From Octopus sinensis (taxonomy: Eukaryota): a DNA stretch of 64,000 nt. Where the stretch lies: NCBI RefSeq assembly GCF_006345805.1, contig NC_043005.1:6634001-6698000 (forward strand), written 5' to 3'. The translations under genes were made by a program, and so were the position numbers. The notes under the pieces were generated by a model, which ran no database searches, was not told the DNA's origin, and saw only the letters and a program-made list of their open reading frames with translations. The stretch's first letter is position 1; each line of letters begins with the position of its first letter. Positions 39,686 through 53,416 of the stretch are shown one piece after another.

Positions 39686-40850
39686 AAGCAACAAGGCTGA
39701 TTAGGTGATGGTCTAGGGCTTAGGGGCGGGAGACCCCAGACCTTGGAAAAAATCTTTGGTCGTCTTGTTGTAGTCGAGGGCTCTTCGTTGACGCCCGACA
39801 CCACTGGGAGGTGGCCCTCGAAATCGCTGGAAATGGAGATCTCCAGGTCCAAATTCTTGGACGGCTGCTGTTACTGTTGGTAATTGTGGTCGTTGTTGTG
39901 AAGGTGGTCAGGGTCTTGTTTCACGCTTTTCCCTGAGTGGAAGTAAGTTTTGCTGTTCCTTTGCTTATCGTTGTTGTGGTGGTTACTGTTAACGCCCGCT
40001 TTGTAATTGCAGCAGACTTGGCGTTGGGCGAAGCTATGTGGAGCGAGATAGACCTTTCAATTTCACGACTGAGAAGTAGAAAGCTTTCAGGTAATCTATT
40101 TTGCTACAAGTATAAAATCTGGGTTTCCTACCCTTCATGTCCACCTGCATCTGCCCTAAAATCTCCGAAATAGAAACAGGTTGGTATTCACACCACGTCT
40201 TCTGGAACAACCAAATCTGAGAATTCCGTAACTTTTCTATTTTGTAGGTGGATTGGTTTCATTCTTATTACTTCCCCTTGATCCTTTAACGTGGCTATTA
40301 CTCTGACCTGGACCCTTTGAGAAGATTTGTTTTTGGCCCTCAATTTCGTCCCATGACGTCCCATAGCTAAGGGCAGCATAGCGAACTGAAGGAGGGTTCA
40401 GGTCGTTGTATCCCTCATACGCACATCCCCTTTATTGCTACGGATGTCTACCATGGCCCCCTGTTGCATTCCTTTGGAGACGTACTCTACAGAAGGCTAC
40501 AAATCTTCCAAATATCTTTTCTCTATTTCGGTCGGGGAAAGGTTTTGTGGCTTTGTTTCGCCGCAGGGTGAACAATATTGTTCCTATACTTTTTAATGCC
40601 ATTCATGACATTTCAATGACACCCACTTAATTTTAATGGCATCCACCTCCCCTTGAAATAAAAGGACGCACCCTCACTTTGTAACATTCGCTAAAGATGA
40701 CTTTCTTCTTTATGGAGTTTCGTTGTTACAGTTGTTGTTCTTGCCGCTGCTACTTTTCTTCTCATTCGTGTTGTTGTTTTGTTAATCGTGGCGGCTGCTG
40801 CTCATGTCTACGCTACAGCTGTTATTCTTGTTGCTGCGCAAGCTTTCAGT
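37710..40850 (-). mobile_element. Old degenerate Tx1/L1-like element (ORF1, APE and RT remnants)
   Basis: WRQTGSIP...LLGKDQNK...FRLITLLDMQLKILAKVLA (RT); ESFLATSRSLVLVGD (APE); MKGRKPRFYTC (ORF1 knuckle region), all homologous to the young copies at 47609-63168. Confidence 0.75.
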
Positions 40851-40924
40851 GCTATTGTTTATAGTTTTATTGCTGCTGCTGATTACACTATTATTGCTGT
40901 TGTTGTTGTTGCTGTTTGTTTGTT

Positions 40925-41283
40925 TGATTGTTGAGCGAAGCGGTCTTCGTCCCGGTGGGAGAAGTCCGAAACGTGGTCCTTTGCTATTCGTAAGACCCGC
41001 AGAAGAGAAAGCAGGTCAACCCCCGACACCGAGAGCATCGACGGATGGATGAATGCGCATCCAGGCTCAGCGGTTGCGTAGGAAGTCGGGGACAAGAAGC
41101 AGGAAGGAAGAGTGAGAGAAAGTTGGAGCAAAAGAGTACAACAGGGGTCGCCACCACCCCCTGCCGGAGCCTCGTGGAGCTTTAGGTGTTTTCGCTGAAT
41201 AAACACACACAACGCCCGGTCTGGGAATCGAAACCGCGATCATCCGAGTCCGCTGCCCTAACCACTGGGCCATTACGCCTCCA
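40925..41283 (-). mobile_element. tRNA-derived SINE (second family)
   Basis: Minus strand GGCGTAATGGCCCAGTGGTTAGG (A-box) ... GGTTTCGATTCCC (B-box), followed by a unique body. Confidence 0.75.
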
Positions 41284-41599
41284 CTGTTGTTGCTGTATGA
41301 GTTGTCGCTGTTCACACTGGTAGTACTTTGTTATTGTTGCCGTAGTTGTCGTCGTCGTGGATGTTTAGTGTTTTCTGTTTTATTGTCCACTGTTTCTTGG
41401 CTACTTTCAGTGGGAGTGGCAAGCACCTCACTTGACTGACTACTATGGCAGGTCGTTTAACGACGACGTAAGAGGTGCGGCGAATCCACTTTCTAAAACT
41501 AGCTATTCTAGTTGTTATATAAGTCTGACCTCTTGTGCTTATACGAAATAATAATCGTTTCTGTTAAAAGCAAAAAAGCCGGAATTTTTGTGGGTGACT

Positions 41600-41802
41600 G
41601 TGAGCATCTAGTAGATTACATGAACCCCAGTGTTTCACTGGTATTTAATTTACAGACACCGAAAAGATGAAAGGCAATGTCGACCTCAGCGGAATTTGAA
41701 CTCAGCGCTCGGCTTTACATCAGAACGTAGCAATGGGCGAAATACCTCTAAGCATTTCGTGCTGCGTGCTAACGATTCTGCCAGTTAACCGCCTCATTAA
41801 TG

Positions 41803-41860
<58 letters not shown>

Positions 41861-42004
41861 CAACAACAACACAACAACAACAACAATAATAATAATAATA
41901 ATAATAATAATATAATAATAATAATAATAATGATGATGATAATAACAACTATTATTATTGTCATTATTATTATTGTCATTATTATTATTATTATTAGTAG
42001 TAGT

Positions 42005-42060
<56 letters not shown>

Positions 42061-42540
42061 TTTTATTCATTTGCCACAAGGGAGAATGGTGAGAGGGGCA
42101 ATACAGAGGTAGTCATAAAGTGTGGTGGTTTACATATAAAAAGGAAATGATAAAAAAAAGAAATAATAATACATAACACGTTTCTTCTATAGGTACAAGA
42201 CCTGAAATTGGTGTGGAGAGGCTTGTCGGTTACATCGACCCGAATATGTGACTGGTATTTACTTTATCAACACAAAAATTATGAAAGGGGAAGTCGACTT
42301 CGGCGCCAGTATTAACAACAACAACAACAATAATAATGGTTTCAAATTTTGCCACTAGGGCAGCAATTTTGGGGGAGGGGATCAGTCGATTACAACGACC
42401 CCAGTGTTCAACTGGTACTTACTTTATCGACCCCGAAAGGATGAAATGCAAAGTTGACCTCGGCAGAATTTGACCTCACAGCGTAGAGAATGGGCCAGAT
42501 ACCACTAAGCATTAACGATTCTAGCAGCTCACTGCTTTAA
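41600..42540 (-). mobile_element. Cluster of three partial tRNA-headed SINE copies (41600-41780, 42185-42310, 42335-42540) with (AAT)/(TAG) microsatellites
   Basis: Shared core GACCCCAGTG..ACTGGTA..TTTATCGAC..GAAAG..GTCGACCTCGGCGGAATTTGAACTC; another partial copy at ~33960-34085. Confidence 0.65.
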
Positions 42541-43017
42541 CAACAACAAAAACGACGACAACAACAACAACAAAAGTAATAATATATTTGAAAAGAATAA
42601 TCATTTCTACTAAAAGCACAAGGCCCGGAATTTCGGAGGAGCGGATAAATAACAATAAGTCAATCGTAATAGGAGGCATGTATTTCCAATTACTACATCA
42701 AAATTGTGATATATGGAAAGAAGAGTCAGAAGAAAAAAAAACTGGAGACTTACCTGAGATGAAAGGCAATATTTCGCTGGCCATCGATTTTATATTTACT
42801 CTGATGGTGTTGCTTCGTTTCTTTTATCAAAAATTGAGAAATATAAATATTTTATTTCAATATAAACCACCGTCAGACACAATCACATTTTTCTCAGCCA
42901 ATCAAATTTACTAAGCGTTTTGTGTATATATTTTTATTTCACACAATCTCACCTCTAACCACATTTCTTTCGAAACGTCTTATTTCCTTCTATTCATATA
43001 GATATATATATTTATTA

Positions 43018-43096
<79 letters not shown>

Positions 43097-43149
43097 TATC
43101 TATCTATCTATCAAAATGGCTGACGGTTAGTAAGGAGAGACACAAATAA

Positions 43150-43327
43150 AAAAGAAGAAAACAAAGGACCACTGATGCGGTCACAGGAGTGTGACGAAAG
43201 AACTCTGGCCGAAATAAGATTAAGATTAATGTAAAAAATAAATAACACTGAAGCAAAATAACACCAAATATATAGTGCGTGTGTTTTTATTGGCTAAACT
43301 GGCAATATGACCATTCCGAAATATAAC
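43150..43327 (+). mobile_element. Solo Penelope terminal-repeat fragment
   Basis: Near-perfect reverse complement of 35915-36090. Confidence 0.8.
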
Positions 43328-43795
43328 AATATCTGTTTCAACACACGACTTCACATAAAAAATCTTGCACAACAAATATTTAAACGTATATTTCGTCTTT
43401 TTTTTTCCCTCACTTAACTTGTCTCTTCCTCTCTCTCTCATTCTTCATTCTCTCTCTCCCTTTCACCATTCTTCATGGTCTCCTCGCACCATTCCCCTTC
43501 TTCTCTCTCTCTTCCTCTTGCTCCTCCTCCCCCATTCCCGTCATCCATCTGCGACGATACTTCCGTCGTAACTGCTATCCTGTCTTTTCTCTCCCGCCTT
43601 GCAAGGCTTCTGGTTGACAAAATTTCCCTCTCTGTCTTCCACGATAATCCAGCGTTTACAATACTTTTTTCGTCTGGCGTTAACAGCCCTTCTTATCTTG
43701 TTCTCCTTGTCTTGTCTCTCACTATTATATATTTATTTTTCCACTGTTTCTATATATATTTTTTACTGTTTATATGTTCGTACTGTCGTTACCGT

Positions 43796-43832
<37 letters not shown>

Positions 43833-44158
43833 CTCTGCGAAAAGATCTCAGAATTTTAATTGATTTGCTTTTCGCGGGAAGGAATTTTTCTTCGAAGTAT
43901 ACGTCTCGCTTTTATCCTTCGAAACGTTTAGTAGATGAAATCTTAGCGACTGAAGATGGGGATTTTTCGTTGTGCTTATTGTCCTGTATCTCTCCCTTTT
44001 TTTTGCTTGTCTTGTTCCTTGGTTTGTGTCTATGTGTTTCGTCTCTCTATGTGTTCGACGTCTTTTTGGTGTCCTGTACACATATATGCGTGTATATGTA
44101 CATGTAGAGGTAGGTACGTACATATATGTTTATATATATGCATATATTCTATTTTATT

Positions 44159-44189
<31 letters not shown>

Positions 44190-44238
44190 GCTTGTATGTA
44201 TGCATGTGCATGTGTGTAAGTGAATATATATATATATA

Positions 44239-44278
<40 letters not shown>

Positions 44279-44947
44279 TAGAGAGAGAGAGAGAAAGAGG
44301 GAGAAAGAAGGGGGAGAGAGAGACGTATACATGTATGCATGAATGTGACTTTGCATGTACGTAAGTATGACCACATGTATTTAGATATATGTCCAGGATA
44401 TGAATCTAATGTGCATCGGATGAAGGGGCTTTGCCCGAGAGTTCTAGTCTTGCGTGGAATGTGGAATCACTTCGCAGCCTCAAGTGTCTCCCAGCCTTAT
44501 CTGATGAGGAGTAGTTGAAAATATAAGGCTCCACATGTTAACTAGCATATGTGATGACAATTTATCTGAGCGTGGAGATGAAGAAATAAATTTAGTTTGT
44601 GACGAAGCAGGAAGCAAGAACTTACTTGTGTTTTTCACAGCAGACCCCGAGGCACACATGTCTACATATATGTAAATACGTTTATATATATATATATATA
44701 TATACACACAAATAAGGGAATTGATACATCTTAACAGATGTTTGCCCTCTCCTTGTGCTTACTTTGTCAATGGTATTGCTGCGTTTACGTCCATCAGTCC
44801 TCACATGGGAGATGAACAGTGATTATAAATATATATATATATATTGGTAAAAACGGTAAGATAACAAAAGAAAGAAAGAGACCTCAATATTATGTAAATA
44901 GAGGAAATTTATCTATAAAATAATATGTTACAATTACTCAATAGTCA

Positions 44948-45010
44948 AGATAAAACTCTGAGTTTCAGATGCCGAAGTGGAAATCCACAACACCATCTCT
45001 TCGGTTATCT
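44948..45010 (-). ncRNA. Minimal type I hammerhead ribozyme-like motif (variant core)
   Basis: Minus strand AGATAA-CCGAAGA-GATG[loop]CATC-T-GAAAC-TCAGA-GTT-TTATCT: 6-bp stem I, 4-bp stem II, 2-bp stem III; C instead of U at core position 4. Confidence 0.5.
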
Positions 45011-45449
45011 GGCCATCTGAAAAAACGCTATGAAAAAATATCGTTATATAAAGGGAAATTACTGTGTTATAATTCTGCTACTTATATAAAATAAGATTAA
45101 AATTTCATAGTCTAGTCATACGCTCACATGTGTGCTCGCGGACCCACGTGCGTACTTATACGTCACTATGAAAACGTACACATCTTCACTCGCATTTTTC
45201 GCCAAATATATACGCATATATATACAAACTCATACACACACACATGTGTACCGTAAAAGTTCATACATACGTCTATATACGCACAAGCACAAGAAAAACC
45301 ATAGAAAAGTACAGAAAAATACAGAAAAAATTATTGTGTGAAAATATAAAAATATATGAAATAATAAAAGGTATAATGAGATAAAAAAAACTTCTATAAT
45401 ATATATATGTATATATATATATACATCTATATGTATAATAAATATACAC

Positions 45450-45493
<44 letters not shown>

Positions 45494-45688
45494 ATCTATC
45501 TATCTCTCTATCTATATATATGTATATATATCCATATAAATATATAGTTAGATTTATGCTATCCTGCCAATATCCCATAAGAGTTGCTGGATTTCGATAT
45601 ATATACTCTTGCTTGCGTGCGAGTGTATCTGTGCGTGTATGCGTAAGGGTCTCCCACCTATCTATTTATCTACCTATCTATCTATCTG

Positions 45689-45726
<38 letters not shown>

Positions 45727-45728
<2 letters not shown>

Positions 45729-46210
45729 GAGCATAATCCTATGAACCCAGAGATTGAAAACAGAGGGTTACCCACTTGCAAACAAATGTGGTAACATATA
45801 ACAATATTGACCAAGGTTACCGTGGTCTTTTTCGTAGGCTTTTCTTCCCACGGATAAACCTTACTTGCTTTCCCCTTTACACCATATATCATAACACTGT
45901 GATACACGATCCCTATTGATCGTTCTTTTTTTTCCTCTTCCCCTTTTTTTCCCCTTTTTTCTTCTTTTTTCATTTCTCTTTCCTTTTGTTCCTTTTCCTT
46001 TTCTTTTTTTTCTTTTTATTCTTTTTATTTTATTCAATTTTTCTTTCTTTTGTTTTTGTTCTTTTCTTCCCTTTTACGATCCCTCTTGATCGAAAACCTA
46101 CGCCACCCCCTTTTTTTTCTTTTGTTTTTTGTTCTCTTCATCCCCCAAAGGAAAAGCTCTACCTTGTAACTTTCCCATCTGTGTGCAGCCCTGTGTGGCC
46201 AATAAAGAAA
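45727..46210 (+). mobile_element. Tx1-like 3' fragment A (end of ORF2 plus 3' UTR)
   Basis: Starts TTGAGCATAATCCTATGAACCC (compare the ORF2 end at 62781-62800) and ends GTGTGGCCAATAAAGAAA before (TATC)n. Confidence 0.85.
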
Positions 46211-46218
46211 TTTATCTG

Positions 46219-46281
<63 letters not shown>

Positions 46282-46307
46282 GTCTGTCTGTCTATCTATC
46301 TATCTCC

Positions 46308-46365
<58 letters not shown>

Positions 46366-46417
46366 TTATCTGTCTATCTATCTATCTATCTCCATCTATC
46401 TATCTATCTATCTATCT

Positions 46418-46849
46418 GGTTACCCACTTGCAAACAAATGTGGTAACATATAACAATATTGACCAAGGTTACCGTGGTCTTTTTCGTAGGCTTTTCTTCC
46501 CACGGATAAACCTTACTTGCTTTTCCCTTTACACCATATATCATAACACTGTGATACACGATCCCTATTGATCGTTCTTTTTTTTCCTCTTCCCCTTTTT
46601 TTCCCCTTTTTTCTTCTTTTTTCATTTCTCTTTCCTTTTGTTCCTTTTCCTTTTCTTTTTATTCTTTTTATTTTATTCAATTTTTTTTTTGTTTTTGTTC
46701 TTTTCTTCCCTTTTACGATCCCTCTTGATCGAAAACCTACGCCACCCCCTTTTTTTTCTTTTGTTTTTTGTTCTCTTCATCCCCCAAAAGAAAAGCTCTA
46801 CCTTGTAACTTTCCCATCTGTGTGCAGCCCTGTGTGGCCAATAAAGAAA
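46418..46849 (+). mobile_element. Tx1-like 3' UTR fragment B
   Basis: Near-identical to A from GGTTACCCAC onward; (TATC)n on both sides. Confidence 0.85.
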
Positions 46850-46850
46850 T

Positions 46851-46932
<82 letters not shown>

Positions 46933-46934
46933 CC

Positions 46935-46976
<42 letters not shown>

Positions 46977-47028
46977 TTATCTGTCTATCTATCTATCTAT
47001 CTCCATCTATCTATCTATCTATCTATCT

Positions 47029-47474
47029 GGTTACCCACTTGCAAACAAATGTGGTAACATATAACAATATTGACCAAGGTTACCGTGGTCTTTTTCGTAG
47101 GCTTTTCTTCCCACGGATAAACCTTACTTGCTTTCCCCTTTACACCATATATCATAACACTGTGATACACGATCCCTATTGATCGTTCTTTTTTTTTCCT
47201 CTTCCCCTTTTTTTCCCCTTTTTTCTTCTTTTTTCATTTCTCTTTCCTTTTGTTCCTTTTCCTTTTCTTTTTTTTCTTTTTATTCTTTTTATTTTATTCA
47301 ATTTTTCTTTCTTTTGTTTTTGTTCTTTTCTTCCCTTTTACGATCCCTCTTGATCGAAAACCTACGCCACCCCCTTTTTTTCTTTTGTTTTTTGTTCTCT
47401 TCATCCCCCAAAAGAAAAGCTCTACCTTGTAACTTGTTCCATCTGTGTGCAGCCCTGTGTGGCCAATAAAGAAA
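47029..47474 (+). mobile_element. Tx1-like 3' UTR fragment C
   Basis: Same 5' breakpoint and sequence as B; (TATC)n on both sides. Confidence 0.85.
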
Positions 47475-47475
47475 C

Positions 47476-47533
<58 letters not shown>

Positions 47534-47834
47534 GTCTGTCTGTCTCTCTATCTATCTGTCTATTTATCCATTCATCTATCTCCCTGTCTATCTATCTATC
47601 TATCTATCCAGCTCGGGACAGACAGACGCAAGTCAAATGGGCTCCACGTAAGTTGGTATTTTTGTACGTTCAAAAGTGTATATTGACAAATATTTTGTGT
47701 TTAAAAGTTGTGCAACAACATCCACTGCAAACCTTTGATAAATATCTACACAAAATTTTGCCCCTTGTGGGCAAAATTTAAAAGAAAAAATTCTCATAGC
47801 CTTCGTGGTTTCATTTAGCCATTTTATTTCCAAA

Positions 47835-48164
47835 ATGGCCACTGGTCACCACGAGGCTGAGGTGCAAGTCAAGCGTGACGCAGAAACAGAAAAACAGGAT
47901 GCTCTGTTAGCATACGCTGAACCTGACAACAGCAACACATACAAAACAAAGGTCGCAAGGCCAAGCACCGTCAACACCATCAGTAAGTCCACCACCAACA
48001 CCGACAACAACACCATGGCAGAATCTGCTACTAAAACTACTATCCCTACTAAAGACATCGCCACCAATAACAATACCAACACCACCATCACCGCCACCAA
48101 AGACCGTGCCGTCAATGCTACTAATACTACTAACACCACCGCCGTCACCAAGAACGACAATAAC

Positions 48165-48198
<34 letters not shown>

Positions 48199-49931
48199 AC
48201 GACGACGACAACAACAATTCCCTTCAACCACTGCTCACTCCATCACCAACAAGTGAAAAAATAACGACGACAAGCAAACGAAATGCCGAAATTTGCACTA
48301 ATGCAGGACTAAATTACGCAGGCAATTTTCCACCCCTTGCTAGTTGCATAATCAGCAACCACAAACCTACAACCCACACCCCTGCCATCAACACCAACAC
48401 CACCGGCAGTAACAACAATAACAAAACAACAACAAACTTCGCCGAGGCGATAAAAGAAAAGGTAACAAAAGTTTCGTTTACTACACAACAGATTAAAGAT
48501 TGCAGAAACCTTATTACAAATGAAAACAGGAAAATACTCTTACACATACCTCAGCACATACTGAATGAGGAGAAAAAAGAAAAGACAATTGTATATAAAA
48601 TCACAAATAAAAAAACAAAAAGTCCAGAAAAGGCAAGCACAGACAAAGTCGAAAAGTGCTTACGCCCCATCTGGGGATACAAGGATTGTGTGACTTGGGC
48701 GAACAAGTTCGCACACGTACAGGTGGTTTTTCAGAATGAAGAGTTGGCGAAGAAATTCTCAACGATAACCCTTTATTCTGATGAACTAACGTTGACACCG
48801 AGTTACCTCGGCCAGAAGGTGACGAAAGTCATTATCAGTGGTGTCCCCCAAGTGACTACAACACTGTGGATTACATCCGCCTTAACATCCGAAATGGAGG
48901 ACTTAAACATCCTAGATATCGGTGTTTCGGAAAACAAGGACTGGCTGGGAAAGAGAATAGAGTTCCTCTTCCACATAAGTCAAGAGGACATAAATAAAAT
49001 CCCCACCCACGTACATCTTGAGGATTGCCGCAAGTTATACGTAGTAGTCGAGGGCAGAAGGCCACGATGCTATACATGTGGCAGTGAGGCACACCTCAAA
49101 AAGGAGTGCAAATCTGCCGCAAAATTACAACAACAACAACAGCCACAGGAAAAATCACAAAAGCCAGGATTATTGCCCACACCACAATATGGACAGCTAG
49201 TCAAGAAGCTGTATGCGGAAATGCAGGAAAAACAACAAAGAACAAGCCAACCCAACCAAACAACACCAACACCAGCGCCAAGAACAGAATCATCACCACC
49301 AACAACAAATAAACCAATTCCAACACCAAGAATAACAACGAAGAAGACAAGCACCAAGGATGTAGGAGAGACAATAACCACAACAAACCCCCCAGCAACA
49401 CCCTCCCCGCGCACCACAATAATATCTACAACCGCACAAACACACCCAGACGCTTTACCCTTGCCCCCTGCTGATTCGTCAGACTTTTCATCTAACGATG
49501 AAAGTTCGACAGAATGGCAAATAGCCACAGGGGGTAAAAGAAAAAGATCAAGAAAAACCAAACAAGAAATCGCAACCAAAGCAGGGAGATACCTGAACCC
49601 TGAAAACTCCATACACAACAAAACAAGCACCAACACCACAAAAACAATGCTATCAGCGATGGACACAAAAGACTCCAAACTAATGGAGTACATCACAGGA
49701 TACACAAACATTTGTGAAGATGACTTTAAAAATAGCAATCATCCACGCACTACACCACCCAAACACATCAAAATACTACACATCACACAAACACAACACC
49801 ACAAACTCAAAGCCTTCTTCCCAAATGCTGTAGGGGGTTTCCAGAAATATCTGTCCCAAAAACTATATAGAAACCTCCTCGAAGACACATCAAAGAACGA
49901 GGAAGCCAAAATTTTCGACACAAGTAAGTAA
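47835..49931 (+). CDS. Tx1-like ORF1 protein (698 aa, gag-like, one CCHC knuckle, N/T/P-rich low-complexity ends)
   Basis: Uninterrupted frame from ATG at 47835; CYTCGSEAHLKKEC = C-X2-C-X4-H-X4-C. Confidence 0.88.
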
Positions 49932-49981
49932 CTCTCTGTACTTTCATTTGTGTGTTTTAAAGCACACACCCCAATAGAATC

Positions 49982-52900
49982 ATGGTCAAGATTGGTTGTG
50001 TGAATGCGCGTGGCTTGGGGTCTCCTTGGAAACAAGGATGCCTCCTAAATGACATCAAGTCACATGATTTGGGAATCATAGCCATAAGTGAGACCAGACT
50101 CCACGAGCCACGGGCCCTAAAGTCCATGTTTGGCGGACAGTTTAACATTTATTTCGCTCCCTGTCTGCCGAGGATGGGCGGTAGTGGCACCGCGGTACAT
50201 TTTCACAAGAGCCTGGATCTCGAAGTCAAGACGATATTCGTAGACCCGGAGGGTAGACTGATCGTTCTGGATGTTGACGGCAGCAATGGGTGCGCTTTTC
50301 GACTCGTATCAGTCTACGCACCGCCCTTAACAGTCGGGCGGATTTCTTTCGACGTCTAGAAGTATTCTTGGGAACGTCTCGTCCTTTACTCTTAGTGGGG
50401 GATTGGAATGCTACCTTGGACACGCATGTAGACTACGTGGGTAGAGACAGAAAAGAAGAAGGGGATGCAAGTGCCTCAGAGACCTGCTCAGACGATTCCA
50501 ACTGTCTGACAGGTACCGACTCGACCACCCAAATGCACCAACGTGGACATGGAGCAACCGCAGTGGGTCGTCGAGATCGTATCTAGATAGGATACTGTGT
50601 AGGACAGTAGACAAGGATAACTTAGGATGTCCACAATTCCACACAGTCAGCTACACGGATCACAAATTGGTGACGTGTACGCTAGACTTAGATAAGGCAC
50701 ATAGACAGGGTCCTGGGTACTGGAAACTGAACGCATCATTCCCGTCCAGACAAGTTTTCAGAGACCGGATTAGCACACTAGTAAAGAGGGCTTTGACGGG
50801 AGCCATCATCAACAACAAATGGTGGTTTGCCCTCAAGAGAGCAGTAAAAGCAGAAGCGATTAGGTACAGCAAAGCACTAGCCATAGATAGAAATAGAGTA
50901 GAGGGTGAGCTAGTTAAGAAGCTAGAAGAGGCAATTAGAAGCGGCATCGCATCCGACGTTTTGGCGGCGAGGTTGGCCCTCGACCAACACTTCAACGCCA
51001 AACACGAAGGATGTGCTGTCAGAGCTAGGATGCGTGCTAAGGAACGAAGGTGTTGGAGCCGCGAGAGAGGCCCGGGTGGCAGAGGCGCAACAGGGCAACA
51101 AAGCCACCATTCGGTCACTGGTAGATGAACAGGGGCGCGAATTGCTCGAGCCAAGTAAAATGTGTGAGGCCTTTCAGCAGCATTTTGCCCGACTGTTCGG
51201 GACGAGTGGAGGGCAAGAACGTAGGGTAGACTTCAGTGCCTACCTACATAGCCTGCCACGACTCTCGACAAGAAAGGCAGGGTGCTGCGAAGGTGCCATC
51301 ACGGCGGCGGAAGTGCGGGAAGCGATGGCAGAATGCTCGAGGGACAAATCACCGGGTTGGATGGTCTACCCTACGAATTTTACTATTGTATGCCAGACTT
51401 GTTTGGAGACGTCTTGGCAGCGGTATACTGCAACTGGCAGCAAAACGGGAGCATACCCGGTTTTGTGAGTCGAGGAGCTGTAACTCTGCTGAAGAAAGAT
51501 CCAAACAAGGGAAACATTATAGTAACTTTAGGCCAATCACTCTGCTCAATGCAGACCTGAAAATTTTGACAAAGGTGTTAGCCAAGAGGTTGGCGCTTGT
51601 CATGGAGAAACTGGTCGACAACGCACAAACGTGCGCCGTGCCGGGCCGGAGCATCCATGACAACCTCCATCTGATGCGCTACATCATAGACAGGGTAGTT
51701 AACGAACCTGGCATGGGTGGGGCCCTGATCAACTTGGATCAATCGAAAGCCTTTGATAGGGTAGACCATCGATACTTGGAGGCAGTCCTGAGAGCGGCTG
51801 GTTTCGGTCCCGTCTTCCGCGGCTGGATAGCTGCCTTGTACAGAGGCATCCGTTCGGTAATTCGCGTAAATGGACATCTATCGAGACCCTTCGACATTGC
51901 ACGTTCGGTCCGTCAGGGATGCCCCCTCTCGGCGCTTCTATACGTATTGACTCTTGAGCCACTACTGCGGAAGCTGGCGACTCTGAGGGGCATCCCGCGA
52001 GAATTAGGATGTGGGACGAGCGTGTCTGCATACGCGGACGACGTCACCGTCATAGTGTCAAGCCACGAGCACATCGAGCGGGTCGGCGAGACACTGAAAG
52101 ACTACGAAGCGGTGACAGGAGCAAAAATCAACCGGGAAAAGTCAGTGGGCTTGCGGCTCGGCACCTGGAGAAGCAAGCCCATGCCGTCCACCAGTACCTC
52201 CGTCGTGGGACGCTGGACAGGCGGCCCGGTTGAGTTGCTCGGGGTCTAGTTCGGTCCGGACCTCCAAATGGAGAAACACTGGAACGAGATAACGAGTAGG
52301 GTGGTCACTCTCGCCCAGCAATGGGCCGAGAGGAAACTGTCCCTAAAAGGTCGGGCGGAGGTGGTGAACGCGTACATCGCGTCCATCATCTACTACCGCC
52401 TGACCGTCCTACCTTGTCCCGACCCTACCATCACCAAACTAGAACGCATCCTCTTCCGCTTCTTGTGGAAAGGATGCGTCCCGATGGTCAGGCGATCCAT
52501 TTGCTGTCAACACCCGTTAAAAGGAGGGCTGGTCATGCCGTGGTTGATGATGCGCAGACACGCGCTGAGACTGCGACATCTCCGGCTCTATGTAGACGAC
52601 GGTGAACAGGTGTGGTCACCGTTTGTGAGGCACGCATTCCCGCAACTCGTCTCCATGACCGAACTACAGTCGTGGATCAAAAAGAGGCCGAAGAAGGGCG
52701 AATGGCACCGCGAGTGTCGCGTTGCTCTCAAGCAACTCTGCCGTCCCGGGTCGACCTTGAGTGACTTCAACACAACCAAAGCATTCTATAGGGGATTAGT
52801 GGAGGGGAGGTACGACGACGAGCTCGGGGCAAACCTGGGCGTCGACGAGGAATACCTGACCCGCCTGTTTCAAACGACTTTCGGCCCGGGACCTATGGAC

Positions 52901-53416
52901 AACTTCCAGATATCCCTGGCCTGGCGGTGCTACCGAGAAGCGCTACCCGTTCGGGATAAGCTCTATAGGCATGGCTCGAGAAACACGGGGCCGACCTGCC
53001 CGAGATGCGGGCAGAGCGACGTAACCGCTCTGCACGCAATCGTGCAGTGTCCAGCAATTTCCCACCTGTGGGCTTATGTCGAACGACTGCTGTCACGTGT
53101 GGGACGTGTCGGTTTATCAGCCGAGTCTATCGTTAATATCGTCACGCCTCCTTCCTTCAAACGGGAAGGAAGAGCTATTTTTATCATACTTGTGGCTATG
53201 GCGAAAGAATGTATCTGGTGGACGCGTCTGAAAGGATTAGAGACAAACACTTTCCTCTCTAGTCAATCTCTCATCAACTTCTTCAAGTATCACTTGAAGA
53301 AAAAAGTGAGAGTAGAGAGGCAAGTTTTGTCTAGTGAATGTTTTAAAAAAAGATGGGTGAATGTAGCAAGGATGGCACGTATGAATGACGAAGCCACTTT
53401 GACTATGATTCTATGA
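49982..53416 (+). pseudogene. Tx1-like ORF2 (APE endonuclease, RT, C-terminal CCHC), interrupted as assembled
   Basis: NARGL, AISETRL, GDWNA, YTDH (APE); FRPITLLN, DQSKAFDRVDH, QGCPLS, YADD (RT); CPRC...H...C; about five 1-2-nt deletions and one TAG relative to sister copies. Confidence 0.9.

Noticed and set aside
44545-44630. C/D-box snoRNA (GTGATGA...CTGA...GATGA) or a minus-strand donor CAA|GTAAGT at 44625
   Set aside because: No terminal D box or closing stem for a snoRNA, and no credible upstream acceptor or promoter for an exon.
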